The position numbers were made by a program, and so were the translations under genes. 64,000 nt of DNA from Lama glama (Eukaryota), in assembly GCA_028534125.1 (NCBI GenBank), contig CM052816.1:5458001-5522000 (forward strand). Reading direction: 5' to 3'. The notes beneath the pieces are model-generated. The model did not search any database. It saw only the letters and a list, made by a program, of their open reading frames with translations, and was not told where the DNA came from. Of the stretch, positions 50,629 through 63,360 are shown piece by piece (positions within the stretch are counted from its first letter, which is position 1; each line of letters begins with the position of its first letter).

Positions 50629-51439
50629 GTCAGCATTTCCCCTATCTGACACCCCACCCCAAAGCAGCCACTGCCCTGATGGATCAGTTTGCCTGTTGAG
50701 CTGTATATAAATGAATTTATAGTATGAACTTTTTGTGTGTTTGATTCCTTTCACTCAGCATGTTTTTGAGATTCATTCATGCTTTGTGTATCAGTAGTCT
50801 GTTCCGTTGTATTGCTGAATAGTATTCCACTGACAAATGTTCATCATTTGTTTATCCAAGCTCGTATTGATAGACAGATAAACTGCTTCCCATTTTTGGT
50901 GAATATAAATAAAACTGCATCCAGGACGTTCTTGTACATAGTCTTTTTCTGAGCATTCTTATGTAAATTCCTAAGAATAGAATTGGCTGGTAGGTATATA
51001 TTTACCCTTATAAGAAATTGCCAGACCATTTTCTCAAGGGGTTGACCAATTTTACAGTGTTGTCAGCAATACACATCTTTGCCAGCATTTAAAGCTGTTG
51101 ATATTTTCAATTTCACCTTTTTGGAGGATTTGTAGTTGTATATCAATATGGTTTTAATTTACATTTTCCTAATGACTAATGATATAAAGCACTTTTTCAG
51201 TTATTTGTCATTTGTATATCTCCCTTTGGAAAAGTGTCCAGTTGTTCTGCCATTAAAAACATTGAACTGTCTTGGTTATTGAGTTGTTAAGAGTTTCTCT
51301 AGATGAAAATCTTTTGTCATTGACATATGCATTATGAAGCTTCTCTTAGTTACGGCTTGCCTTTCATTCTCTTAATCATGTCTTTTAATGGAAAAAGTTT
51401 TTGATTTTGAGGAAGATAAATTTATCAAATTTTATGGTT

Positions 51440-53600
51440 AGTACTTTCTGTGCAAAGTCATATAATTATTGATATCGTTAGTTTTATGTCTGCCATCTTG
51501 CTATTTGCTTTCCATTTGTTCATATCTTCTTCCTTTTTGCCTCCTTTCCTGCATTCTTTAGAATTATTTTTTGGATTCAATTTTATCTCCCCTGTTGGCT
51601 TTTTAGCTAGACTTCTCTGTTTCACATCTAAGGGCTGATTTATGGAAACAGTATGCATCCTTAACCTATCATAGTCTACTTAGAGTTAATACTGTATCAA
51701 CTCACATGAAATATAAAAAATTTACAACAGTATATTTCCATTTACTCCCTACCCACCCTTTCTGTTTTTATCATTCATTTTACTTCCACATATGTTATAA
51801 ACCCCACAATACATTATTGCTTTTGGTTTAAAACATCAATTATATTTTCAAAAATTAAGAAACAAGGCAGGAAAACCCTTTTATATCTTCCTACATATTT
51901 TACTATTTTTATCTCTCTTCATTTCTTCAGTTGGACTCATGTTTCATCTAAAGAACTTCGGTATATCTTGCAGTGCAGATCTACTGATGACAAATCCTTT
52001 CAGCTTTTGTTCTGAAAATGTTTTTATTTTGCTTTTATTTTTGAAGGTTATTTCCCTTGATATAGCATTCTAGATTGTCAGGGTGGTTTTTCCTCCTTTC
52101 CCTCAGCACCTTGAATATGTCATTATATTTTTTTCCTGGCTCACATCGCTTTTAATAAAAAGTGGGTGGCTTTCCATTTTATCCACCATATAATGTATCT
52201 TTTGGCCTTGGCTACTTTTAAGATGCTCTTTGTATCTCTGGTTTAAGCAATTTGACTACGATGTGCTTATATGCTCCCTATGTTTATCCTGCTTGAGGTT
52301 CATTGAGCTCTTTGGGGTAAACTGGTATTTTTCAACAAATTTGGGGAAAATAATCAGCCATTATAGCTTCCAATATTTTCTCCTTTACCAGTCTCTATCT
52401 CCTTTACTTCTAGAACTCTAATTACAGATAAAATAGACTGCTTGGTATCATCCCAGCAGTCAATGAAGTTCTGTTCATTATTTTTAGCCTTTTTCCTGTG
52501 TTTCACTTTGAATTGATTCTATTGTCATACATCCAAGTCCACTGATATTTCTCCTGCAGTGCCCAATCTTCTGCCTTGCCCTACTGAATTTTTCCTTTAA
52601 GATATTATACTTTCCAGTTCTAGAATTTCCATTTTTAAATAGTTTCCATTTCTGTACTGATATTCCTCTAAAGGTTCACCCATTATATCTATTTTTTCCA
52701 TGAAATCTTTAAAATGTATTTATAATAGACATTTTAAAGAACTTGTCTACTAATTACAATATCTGTATCACCTCTGAATTTATTTCTCTTGATTACCATC
52801 GATTATTTTTCCCAGTTATTGTCTTCTTTTCTTGTTTCTTCAGAGGTCTCATAATTTTTTATTGCATGATGGGTATTGTATGATGGATATGTTGTTGAGT
52901 CTGGGATTTGGCATCTTCCTTCAAAGAGTTTTGAACTTTTTTTCTGGCAGGCACTTAATATACTAGTGGGTCAGCTCGATCATTTAAAGGCTTGTTTTTA
53001 AGTTTCACAAAGGTATGTCTCAAGTAGTCTTCACCTTGGAGCTATAATAGCCCTACACTCTAAGGTGTGGTTTTCCCAGTATCTTGGCTGAATGGTTAGT
53101 GTTCAGCAGGTCTCTCTGATCTGATGATCAGACATCATATGTACCCCAGGGCTGCGACTTCTGGAATCTGCTTTCAGCTCACAGTTCCTTTGTAGCTGTT
53201 CTCTGCCAGGCTTTCCAGAATCTAGTCATGTGTATTCACTCTTTATATTTGGTTAAGGACTTAAGGGGACTTAAGGGGACTCTATGCAGATTTCACAGCT
53301 CTTTCTATGCACAAGTCCCTTCTATCTGGTACCCAGTCCTGCAATTTCAACTGACTCAGCAATCTTAAATTCTAACATTTCCCCCCTCATCTCAGCATAA
53401 CTGCTGTGCTCTGCTTGAAGTCCACATTCCTGTGCTGCAGTCTGGAGCAAGACCTCCAAGCAGAGAGCCAGGATTTCTCCAGTGGATCACAGTCCTCTAC
53501 TGCCTGTTGTGCAACATCTAAAATCGGCAGTTACTTTATATGCTCTTCCGTGGAAGGGCTGGTTCAGTCTCAGTGACTCCGTTGTTGCCAGAAACAAAAA
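51440..53600 (-). mobile_element. Old L1 fragment covering 5'/ORF1 region to the ORF2 start
   Basis: ORF 51458-51658 ends ...KWKANSKMADIKLTISIII, like the L1M ORF2 start (MADLNPTISIITLNVNG); T-rich antisense ORF1-like composition. Confidence 0.7.
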
Positions 53601-53619
53601 GTCATATTTTTTTTAATAT

Positions 53620-55270
53620 TTTGGAGTTTTTTTTAAATTTAATTTTGTTTTATATTTATATAGAATACTTACATGATTCTAAATCAAATCTACAAAATAA
53701 GATTTATAAATAGAAGTCTAGCTGGTATTCCTGTACCTTCCACCCTATTCCATCCTTTCCTTATATATAGCTATTAAAAATAATTTTGATTTTTCTATTC
53801 TTTCGTTAACATAAGCAGGTGTGTGTGTGTGTGTGTGTGTGTGTTGTATTTACATAAGTAGAAGTAGTATACTCTATATACTGTCCTCTACTTTGTTTTT
53901 TTTCATGTAACTATGTATTCTGATGATCACTCCATTACTAGTATAATGAGATATTGCTCATTCCTTCATTACAGGTATACAGTCCACGACTGTAGGACTA
54001 ACTTGTCCCAGTTTTCCCAGGGCTTTCCTGCTGTGAGCACTGAAAGTTCCATATGTCCCAAAATGGGCTGGTTGGTTGCCCTGTCATTGTCTGAGAGTAC
54101 TATAATTTATCTAATCAGTCTTCTTTGGTTGGATATTTGGGTTGTTTCCATTCTTTCACTACTATAAACAGTTCTCAGTAAATAACCTTTTGTATATATC
54201 TCTTCACTTTTGCCAGTGAATTTTTGAGTTTTATCTTTTTAAACGGGATTGCTGGTTTAAAGGTAAATGTCTAAGTTTTCCAGATACTGTCAAATTCTCC
54301 TCCATAGGGATTGTACAATATTCGTTTCCACCAGCAAAGCTTGAGATCCTGTTTCTCCAGAGATTCTCCAACAGAGAATTTGTGAAAAAAAATTTTCCAA
54401 TTGAATAGGTGAAAAATTATACCTAAGTATAGTTTGAATTCACATTTCTCTTATTATGAGCAAATGTGAGCATCTTTCAAAAGGTTAATAGCCACTTGCA
54501 CTTCTTTTTCTGTGGACCATTGGTATAATTCTATAGCCTATTTTTTCATAGGCTTGTTGTTCAATTTTAGAAGTTCTTCCATATATTAGATATATAAATT
54601 CTTTGTGACATAAGTTGCAAATATTATTCCCAGTTTGTCGTTTATCTTTTCACCTTGCTTCTAACAACTTTTGCCATGCAAAAATTTTTTTGAATGTAAT
54701 CAATTTAGGTATACTTTTCCTACTGCTTTTGGATTTTTGAGTCCTAGGAATAATTTCACTATTTCTAGGCTATAGAGGAATTCAACAATGTTTTCTTCTA
54801 GTGCCTGTATGGTTTCCTTTATTATATTTACATTTCTGGTCCATTTGGGATTTATCCTGATGTATGGCAGGAATGGATCCAATTTTATCTTTTTCTATAT
54901 GGCTCTCCAATGATCTGAATGTAATTTAAAAGTCCATCATTTTTTCCTCTGATTTGAGCTGTTGTCTTTATCGTATATTAAATTTGCATATGAATGGGTC
55001 TTTTTCTGACTTTCCTGTTGTGTTTCGTTTTAATTATAAAGGCTTCATAGCATGTTTTAGTGTCTAAAAGGGCTAGCCCCCCACTCTCTGTTCTTCTTTT
55101 TCAGGATTTTCCTATTATTTGTCGTTCTTTCAAATGAACTTTATAATCAACTTGTTTAGATACAGGAAAAATCTCAAGATATTTTTATTGGGACTACCAA
55201 GGTTTTATAAATTAACTTGGGAAGAACTGCCATCTTTATGATGTTGAGTCTTCCTACTCAAAAACACAGT
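53620..55270 (-). mobile_element. Old L1 ORF2 C-terminal / 3' UTR fragment
   Basis: ORF 54700-54882 DPFLPYIRINPKWTRNVNIIKETIQALEENIVEFLYSL resembles L1 ORF2 DPYLTPYTKINSKWIKDLN...TIKLLEENIG; contains (GT)13 at 53819-53844 and a MER81/MER94-like hAT remnant at ~53992-54083. Confidence 0.85.
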
Positions 55271-56699
55271 ATCAGGTGATATTTATGATTACCTTTCAGA
55301 TTAGGGAGTTGATAAAATGCTCTGTATGATCATGTGGCTAAGGACCACTGGGTCTTACAAGTCTTCCTGAGCCCAGCCCATGACACTTCTTCCAGGAAGC
55401 CTGCCTTCTTTTCTAGAAGAATGATCTCTCCATCCTCTCCAGATATCTTGTGGTTCACATTAACGTTTTTGGCTATAGCTTCTACCTTTACATGTATCTA
55501 CCCTCTTTCCTCTTCTGGACTAAGAGCTCTCAGGGAACTGGATATGTATTATAAATCACAGTTATACTGATAAAAGCTGAACTAAAGCAAGAGACTCTGA
55601 GTTGGACCCATCATACTAATTATCTCATAGACTTTCCCAGGGGTTACCAGCTAACCTCTGGCAAGCCATATCTAGCCCATGTGTTTGACGTGCATGGAAA
55701 TTTTTTAAATTTTGAATTACCTGCCAACATCTAAAAATTATAAGATTTCACATGAAAATACAGATTTTCAGATTCTCTAAAAGTAATGGAGGTTCATGGC
55801 AACAACCAGCTGGAAGTGAGTATCTGCTGTCCCTTTAGACCAGGCAGGCAGTTTTTCCCGCATCTCTGCATTTCCATTAACTGTCTAGGTCCTGGAAGCA
55901 TTACAGCCTGTATTTCTTTTCATTAAAACCACTGAGAAAGGAAAGAAGGAAATCACTGGCCCTGGCACATAGTGGGTGCTTGGCAGATATTTTTCGAATA
56001 AATGAATCCCTGTTTGCCAATCAGGTTCTGAGAATAGCTGATTTAGCAAAGGTCACAAGACGAGACGATGGCAGAGGAAGGGATTTAAAAGGAGGATCTG
56101 CTTTGCTACACAGCCCAGTGGTGTTTGACAGTTGTCCAAGGGCTGGCCCTTGCATTCTTTCTCACCTGTTAGCTGGGTAAGAGCCACAGACTTGGTCCCA
56201 AGCCCTTAACCATCTTGGCTGTTCTTACATGGAACATTAACACAGACCGATGGGAGGGAGGCCTCGGACCTTAGGGGAGAAATGGGCCCTGATGACTTTT
56301 TAGCTTCATAGGATTGGGTTTGAGTCTATTTTTCTTATTATTTCTCTTTCACATAGCTCCCCTAGGCCTTTTCAAATCTGCTGATGGCGAGCACCCCGAG
56401 GGAGCATTGCGGAAAGGCAAAACGAGATTTGCTCTGGGGAAAGGGGAGCCTGCACCCACTGCTCAGCAGTCTCTTTGCCTCCTTAGAGGGAAGAGGAGAG
56501 GGTTCCAAGTTCTTCAGGCCTTAGGCCTCCCAATCCCCCAGGATAGGAGAGCTTCACCAGCAAATTGCCCTAAAAAAGAACGGCCTATTGTTTTTTGTTT
56601 TTTTAATTCAACAAACAGGTATTGAGCACTTCCTCTGCACCAGCTTCTGTTAGAAGGCCTGGGAAAATTCAAGAGACACGCTCTTCGTTCTAGCGGGAG

Positions 56700-57560
56700 A
56701 AACCAAATAATAAGCCTGTGAGAAAAATGCATTCGAACAGGGCAGGATGGGTGCCGTGGGGACACCTAGTGGGAGTGCCTCACGCAGGCATGCAGGACTT
56801 CCCTGAGAACGCCACCTTGCAGCTGAGCCCTAAATGGTGAGGAGGACTTCGCTGCTGGAAGAGGGAGAGGGGACGGAAGTGAGAAGACCCAGAGGCAGGT
56901 TCAAGCAGCCGGGAGAAACTCAGCGGAGGAGCGTGGCGGGCAAAGGGCCAAGGAGAAGGCAATCGGAGGCGGGTCAAGCAGCTAACAGCTAAATTGAAGG
57001 GCGCACTTACGATTTATGTGGTAAACAGTTCTCTGCGAAACAGGATGATGAGGAGACTTGTCCTTTCCCCTAGAACCAGCGCCTAAGGTCCAGAAAGGAG
57101 GAAAGAGGACCCAGAAGTGCTGATTTCTCCCTATTCTGGTAAGGACTGCCGGCAGCAGTGTCCAGGCCCCTCCCCTGGGCCAACCGGAAGGCCGCAGTTT
57201 GGTCCCGCCATCCGAAGCCAGCCCCACACTCACCTTCCGGTTCGTAGAGAGAGGCAGAATTGTGTTCTCGTGGGAAGCAGTGTTCCCGCGAGAGTTTTCC
57301 TCCGTTTCCCTCTCTCGTACCACACTCCCAGCGGCCAAAAGGTGGGAGGTGGGTGGACTCCAGGGGAATCCCTCCTGCAGCGTGGGGGGTCCTGCAGGAA
57401 GGCCAGACTGACGAGTCGCTCTCAGGTGACACTGCTGAGTGGCAGAGCCCGCGGGCCCGGCCTGAGCCGCCGTGGGAACCGAATGTCGGGGGCAAGTACA
57501 GGTACACTCCTCCTGGTCCCCGGAGTCTGGAAGTGGATGTGGACATGGAGACTGGTGCTG
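56700..57560. promoter_or_regulatory. Orphan CpG-rich region, candidate promoter/enhancer
   Basis: About 38 CpGs by manual count in 56761-57540 against CpG-poor flanks; ETS cores (CGGAAG at ~56874, 57185, and minus 57234-57239); minus-strand donor AAG|GTGAGT after 57234. Confidence 0.55.
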
Positions 57561-57596
57561 AGGAGGGCAGGGAGGACAGGTGGAGCAGCGAGGTGA

Positions 57597-58221
57597 TGAT
57601 AGTTCAGGACACCTATCCCCAAAGATGGCACCTTGGCATACTGAACATTTTAGGCCCAGGGAGTTTGAGAACACAACAGAAGCAGGAAGGTCACTCTGAC
57701 CCCCATCCTTCCTCCCCTGAGACAGGTCATAAAACCCACACCTGAGGACACTTCTCCTGTCAGAGTGCTCCTCCCTCTGCCAGCTGCAGCCGTTGTCTAA
57801 GTGCTGCTACAGTTCATAATGGACAAGAGGGTAAGTGCTCGCTACAATTTAGCTGTTTGCTGCTTGACCTGGCCGCTGCCTGTCTGGACCTGGAGGAAAG
57901 GAGCATCCTCATCTCTGAAGACAAAGGGACAGGAAGAAGAATCCAAACGCACAGGCCTTGCTGAATTTCCTCCGGTTTCCTCCAATGACTCCTTGACCTA
58001 TCATGTTCCTCCATGACTGGCCACTCTGCATCAAACCTAGCAGGAAAAGATGCAGGTTTAATCATTTCTTCAGGTCTGCATTTCCTTTGGAAGGCTTGCG
58101 TGTCATGTAAAACTTACATTAAATACATTTGTATGCTTTTCTCCTGTTAATCTATCAGTTTAATTTTCACATCCAGCCAGGGACCCTAAAAGAGTCAAGG
58201 ACAATTTTTCCTTCCCCTGCA
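57597..58221 (+). mobile_element. ERV1 solo LTR, MER34/MER39-like, complete with TSD
   Basis: TGATAGTTCAGGACACCTATCCCCAAAGATGGCACCTTGGCATACTGA...TTTGTATGCTTTTCTCCTGTTAATCT...TTTTTCCTTCCCCTGCA; TG...CA ends; 4-bp TSD GTGA (57593-57596, 58222-58225). Confidence 0.88.
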
Positions 58222-60769
58222 GTGAGCAGGGAGCTGGTGTGTAGTCGATGCCTGAGGACCCAAAGGACTGGGTAATCAGGGGTTCCTGCAGCTCCATGTG
58301 AAGGAGCCTGGAGGCTTCTGAAAGGGGCTAAAGCTGGTAAGAGAGGAGAAGAGCTATCATGGACTCCCAGCCAGGCTGAGAAAGAATGGGCTGCTGCTCT
58401 CAGGGTGGTCTGCAGAGCTGCCCTAACCCCAAGTTAAATGCCACCCTAAGGAAAGCTGACACACCACCAAACAAAGACCACCACATCCACAGAGACCACT
58501 GGCACCTCGTGGAAAGTCTCTGACCCTCTAGGAGGCTGGGGACACCTCTCTCCAGCCCCAGGAGGTCAGGTGGGTGACATATCAGCTGCCTGCCTTGGAC
58601 ACTAGATGTCAGAGGAAGAAGGAGAGACTTAGAATCAGACCTAAAATTGGGCCTTTGCTCCGAGGTGCAGGGAGGAAGGGTCTTGAATGAGTAGGCCAAG
58701 CTTCTACCCATTTTGGGTCCTGTTTCTTGAGCCATCAGTCCAACCCATACTCAGAGGAGGGAAGAAATGAGATTTAAATTGGAGTGGACTTTGTATGACC
58801 AGAATGTTTGGCATCTGTTGAAGTGATCATTACCAGATAGGTAAGGTGTGAATCTGTCTGGTACAACTAGAGGCAGAAATAGAAGGAAAAGAAGCCATTT
58901 CTTGTCAGTGGTTCAATAAATCAGTTACATCACCAAATTCTCCAAGCAATCATATAAGGTGGGTACTGTTATTACTGCATTTTTTTGAGACAGGGAACCA
59001 AGGATCTGGGAGAGGCAAGAACTTAATCAAAGCCACAGAGCTAACAAGTAGCTGAGCTGGGATTTGAACTCTCACTGTTGTGCTCTGAAGCCAGATCTCT
59101 GAAGAGCACTGCCCTGAAGAGTGGAGCCTACGCTGGCATTTGACACAAGCATCTTCTCTCCCAGCTTCTCGGAATAAACCCAGTGTGAGGAGCTCAGCAC
59201 CTGCTGAAACATCTTACCATATTTTCAGGTGGCTGTTGAGGTAACAACTTATATTTTGAAAGGTTTTTATGTTAACACACACAACAGTCATTCAATTAGT
59301 ATTTATGAGGTTGCTACCACTGCGCTGAGCACCTCCCAACCTCTCTGGGAGCGGGGCTCAGCAGGCAATTTTTTCCACTGTCTTCTGCATATGAGCAAAC
59401 TGGGACACAGAAAGACTGTGACTTGCCTAATGTCATACAGAGCTGGGACCACCACTGCCAAACATTTCTTGGGTGCTCAGTACATGTTAGGCTCTGTGCT
59501 AAGTGCTCTACATGGTCCTAGGGGGCTCGAGAATTCCTGCTGTCCAGTACTTCCCACTGCCCCAGCTGGCTTCCTCACACTCCCACTCCTGATCTCCGCT
59601 TTCCTGTGTGGAGTCGATGGTTCTCTGGCCACAGGGTTGATTTCCTGGCTTGAGGAAAGCCCTCTAGCAGGTGGCTGGGAGACTTAGAAAAAAGCAGAGA
59701 ATTTGGCTTCCTTCCCCAGCGCCAGCTCATCACACCTGCCAGTCTGCTGCTGTAGAAGATGCTGGCAGTTCAAAGGATGGGCCCTTGATTAATATCTCAT
59801 CCTCTATAAATAAGTGAATAAAGGCACGTTCTGCACGCACTGCTTCGCTGTCTCCTTTGGGCCTTTTATTGCCCTCCACACCTTGTTACTCACTGGTCTT
59901 GGGACGTCAGACTTCGAACTTCCAGCCAGACTCTGTCAAACTCCTTAGCTTGGCAGTGGTTACCTGCTTACCTCCCCACACCCAACATAGGCTCCTGCTG
60001 ACCTGTCTTCTCTCTGGATTCATCGGTGGCCTACACAGCCCAGCTTTCCTGGTAAGCCATCTGGACAGAGTGGCTAAGCACATTGGATTGTGTGGGTTCA
60101 AACCCCAACTCTCACCTCTTTGTGACCATGGGTAAGTTACTTAAATCCTACAGTCTTTAGTTTCTTGATATATAGAATAGGGATGATGAAAATAGGGTGG
60201 ATCCTGGAATTAACATCCTGGTTGGGGCTAAATAGGCAGTCACACAAGTGAGAATTTGTCCATGATGAGCAGTGTGATGAACAGTGATGATAGTAGTCAA
60301 GGAGGGCTTCCCTGAAGAGGTGACATTTGAGTGAATACATTAATGATGAGAAAGAGCTGATTCAAGCAGCTGGCTCCAGGCAGAGAAGGAACAGGGAGTG
60401 TGTCTTTGTGGGGGGCCTGATGGGGGAGGGGATGGTTGGAGGAGGTCCCTGGTGCTAGAGGGTGGGTGAGAAGGTTGCCAGGCCTCTCACAAGGGGCATA
60501 TTAAGGGATCTGAAAGTCTGTGTTAAATTGTTAAAGCCCAAGGGTGGCAGGGGACTCAGAGGCTGTCACAAGGCTCGTATACAAGTCTCTTGGGGCTGGC
60601 ACCTTGAGCACCTTCCAGCCTCCTGGTCCAGTGAGAAGTGGAGAGGATGTGGCAGGTCCTGAATTCCTCACTGCAGATCCCCCATCTTCTCTCCCACTTT
60701 CCTAAAGCAGAACACTCTAGAAAGGGTCTGGTGTCAGCCAGGTTGTATGCGGACTCTGTAAAGAAGGCA

Positions 60770-60930
60770 ACACAAAGGGCACTGATTTGTTGTCCTGGAC
60801 AATTATGGTGATGGAAATACTCCCACCATGGCTGATTCTGAGCTACCAGCATAACATGTGATTGTGGAGTTGGGAAGTGATGCACATAGTCAGCTCTCAT
60901 GAGCCGGTATGCACTGGCTCCCTCACCATT
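60770..60930 (-). mobile_element. hAT-Blackjack MER63A-like
   Basis: AAATACTCCCACCATGGCTGATT...GGAGTTGGGAAGTGATGCACATAGTCAGCTCTCATGAGCCGGTATGCACTGGCTCC. Confidence 0.7.
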
Positions 60931-61144
60931 GCATTCACACCTGAGTAACGTCAACCAGCGTTTAGGAAGCACTTACTAGGTGTCAGGCGCAGTGATAAGC
61001 ACGTTATATGTACTAACTCACAACAACTCTGTGAGGCAGGAGCTGTTCATACTCTCATTCCACAGGTGAGAAATGCAGTCATGGTAAGCTCACTAACTTG
61101 CTCAAGGCCATGCAGTTAGGCAGCAGAGAGGCTGAGATTAAACT

Positions 61145-61565
61145 GCAGTATAATTTATAGGACAGCGAACAAATCCTAAGTGTACCGCACAGTGGATTTT
61201 TACGTATATAAAACCACGTGTAACCAGATCACGATATAGAACATTTCCAGCCCCAGCTGGCTCTTTTATCACTCCTCTTTTTTATACTCTCCCTCCAAGG
61301 TAATCACCATTCTGACTTTTATCACCATAGATTTGCTTTTTCTGTGCTTGAATTTTATGCAGCTGGAATCATTCAGTACATAACCTTTTGTGTGTTGGCT
61401 TCTTTCTTTTCACTGTCTTGTCTGTTCATCCATGTCGTAGCACATTTCAGTAGTTTGTTCCTTTGAACTTCAGAAGTTTGCTCTTCCACAGTGTGAGTAT
61501 ACGCAGTGCATCTACCCGTTCTTCTGTGGATAGACTTTGGGCTTGTTTCCACGTAGCACGTGCTC
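61145..61565 (-). mobile_element. L1MB 3' end fragment
   Basis: GATATAGAACATTTCCAGCCCC...CACCATTCTGACTTTTATCACCATAGATT...GTTCATCCATGTCGTAGCA. Confidence 0.75.
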
Positions 61566-61671
61566 ATAATCGCTAGGATTTACTGCCACTCAAGTGTGGG
61601 TGCACTCCTTTACTCTTCCTGTCTCTGGAGGATTTGCATCCTTAGCACGTGGGTTGAGTGGTGTCACAGGA

Positions 61672-62093
61672 TGTATTAGTTTCTGATTGTGGCTGCAACA
61701 AATACCCCAAACTTAGTGGCTTAATGCAACGCAGAGTTGTTAATTTACATTTCTGGGGAGCAGGAGTCTAAAATACACTGACAGGGCTTCGGTCCTTCTG
61801 GAGGCTGTAAAGGGACAACCCCTTGCCTTGCCTCTTCCAATTTCTCAAGGCTGCTTGGGTCCATTTCTGCTTCTGTCATCGCATTTCCTTCCTTTACTCT
61901 GACCTTCCTGCCTTCCTCTCATGAGGAACCTTATGATTCCATTGGACCTATCCAGATAACCCAGGATAATCTCACCATCTCAAGATCCTTAATCACATCT
62001 GCAAAGTCTTTTGCCATGTATGCTGACATATCCGGAGGTTCTAGGGATTAGGACATGGACATCTTTGGGAGGACCATTATTCTGCCTTTAACA
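61672..62093 (-). mobile_element. MaLR solo LTR (MLT1C-like)
   Basis: TGTATTAGTTTCTGATTGTGGCTGCAACAAATACCCCAAACTTAGTGGCTTAA...TTAATCACATCTGCAAAGTC...CCATTATTCTGCCTTTAACA. Confidence 0.85.
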
Positions 62094-62949
62094 CTGAACT
62101 ATCTTGATGTAATGGAAGGAGCCTAGTGTGGGAATCAGGGACCCAGGGTCCCATTCTGGACCCTGTATTGACTTACTGTGGGATCTTTCTGGGCTTTGGG
62201 CAGATATAAAAATGAAGGGCTGGGCCAAATGACACATCTCGCAGGTGGCTCCCAGTGTCCACTGTCTATGACTCTGCACATACACTTCAGGCCTGGGGCT
62301 CTATTCAACAGCCCTTTTTATCTGCATGTGCCCTTTTCTTCCCACCCCCAGGGTAAAGGGAGCGGGCGCCTGCAGCAGACCCCTCACCGCCCCCTCCCTT
62401 CCCCTTCCTTCCTATCATATGGCCTCTGGGCCTTTCATCCACAGTGACTTTGAAACCCTGCTATTGATTTTCCTGTCACCTCAGGTCATACCCTCCCACC
62501 CTTCATCTTTCTTTAAGTGGAAGTTTGAAAACCCAGTTGGGGTGGGGGGAAGATCACCCACTGATTTTAGGGGTTGGGCAGACAGAGCAGCTCTTCCAGG
62601 AGGCTGGGTGTGAAGTGCTCAGGAGGAAGTAATAGAGACTTTAAATACTCCTTTCTGATGTGAGCTGACCTGTTCTTTCATTTGCAATTGATGGTGGTTC
62701 AAGCCGTGGGCTCCCAACAGTTACTGAAAAGAGAAAGAGGAAGACTAGATCATTTTCTTTTTTGCCAAATAGGAATCCTGCTTTGTTGAAAGTGAACCAG
62801 CAGCCTGTTAGCTCTCCGTATTTTCTACTAGCCAAGCAGCTGATCTTGCCTAGCTCCTCCTCCATCTATTCTCTCATTGATATAATCACTTGTTAGCATC
62901 TACTTTTTCTACTTTGTGTGGTAATTAGTGCATGTGCTTTGAAGTCAGA

Positions 62950-63360
62950 TGGTCATTCATTCAGTAAATGTTTACTGGACGCCAACTTTATGTTGTACAC
63001 TTGGCCAAGCACTGGGGTCAAAATGACTAGCAAAACAGATAAAGGGCCTCTCCCCAAGGAGCTTATGCTGATGGAGGAGACAGAGGGTAACTGCATAATC
63101 CCACAAAATATGGAATTACAAATTGTGATAAATGCTATGAACAAAAAGTTGGGGAAGCTGTGAGAGCGATTACAAAAGGGCATGAGCTAATTTGGGGGTT
63201 AGGAGAGGCCACATTGAGGAAAACCTTCTGAGCCAAGATTAACTGGGTGAAAGAAGGAGCTAACAGAGACAAAAGAATCTGCCCAGATAAAGCCCTGAGG
63301 CAGAGGAAGCTGGGTCAGTTTGAGGGCTTTGGAGGAGTGTAGAGGCTGAAGGGAGAGGAA
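62950..63360 (-). mobile_element. L2 fragment
   Basis: TCATTCATTCAGTAAATGTTTACTG...CAAGGAGCTTATG...CTGAGCCAAGATT. Confidence 0.7.

Noticed and set aside
53257..53281. GGACTTAAGG tandem duplication
   Set aside because: Simple slippage duplication in decayed L1.
56982..57745. 158-230 aa overlapping ORFs in the distal CpG patch
   Set aside because: Open on both strands because of GC content; the longest starts at GTG inside an LTR; no family similarity.
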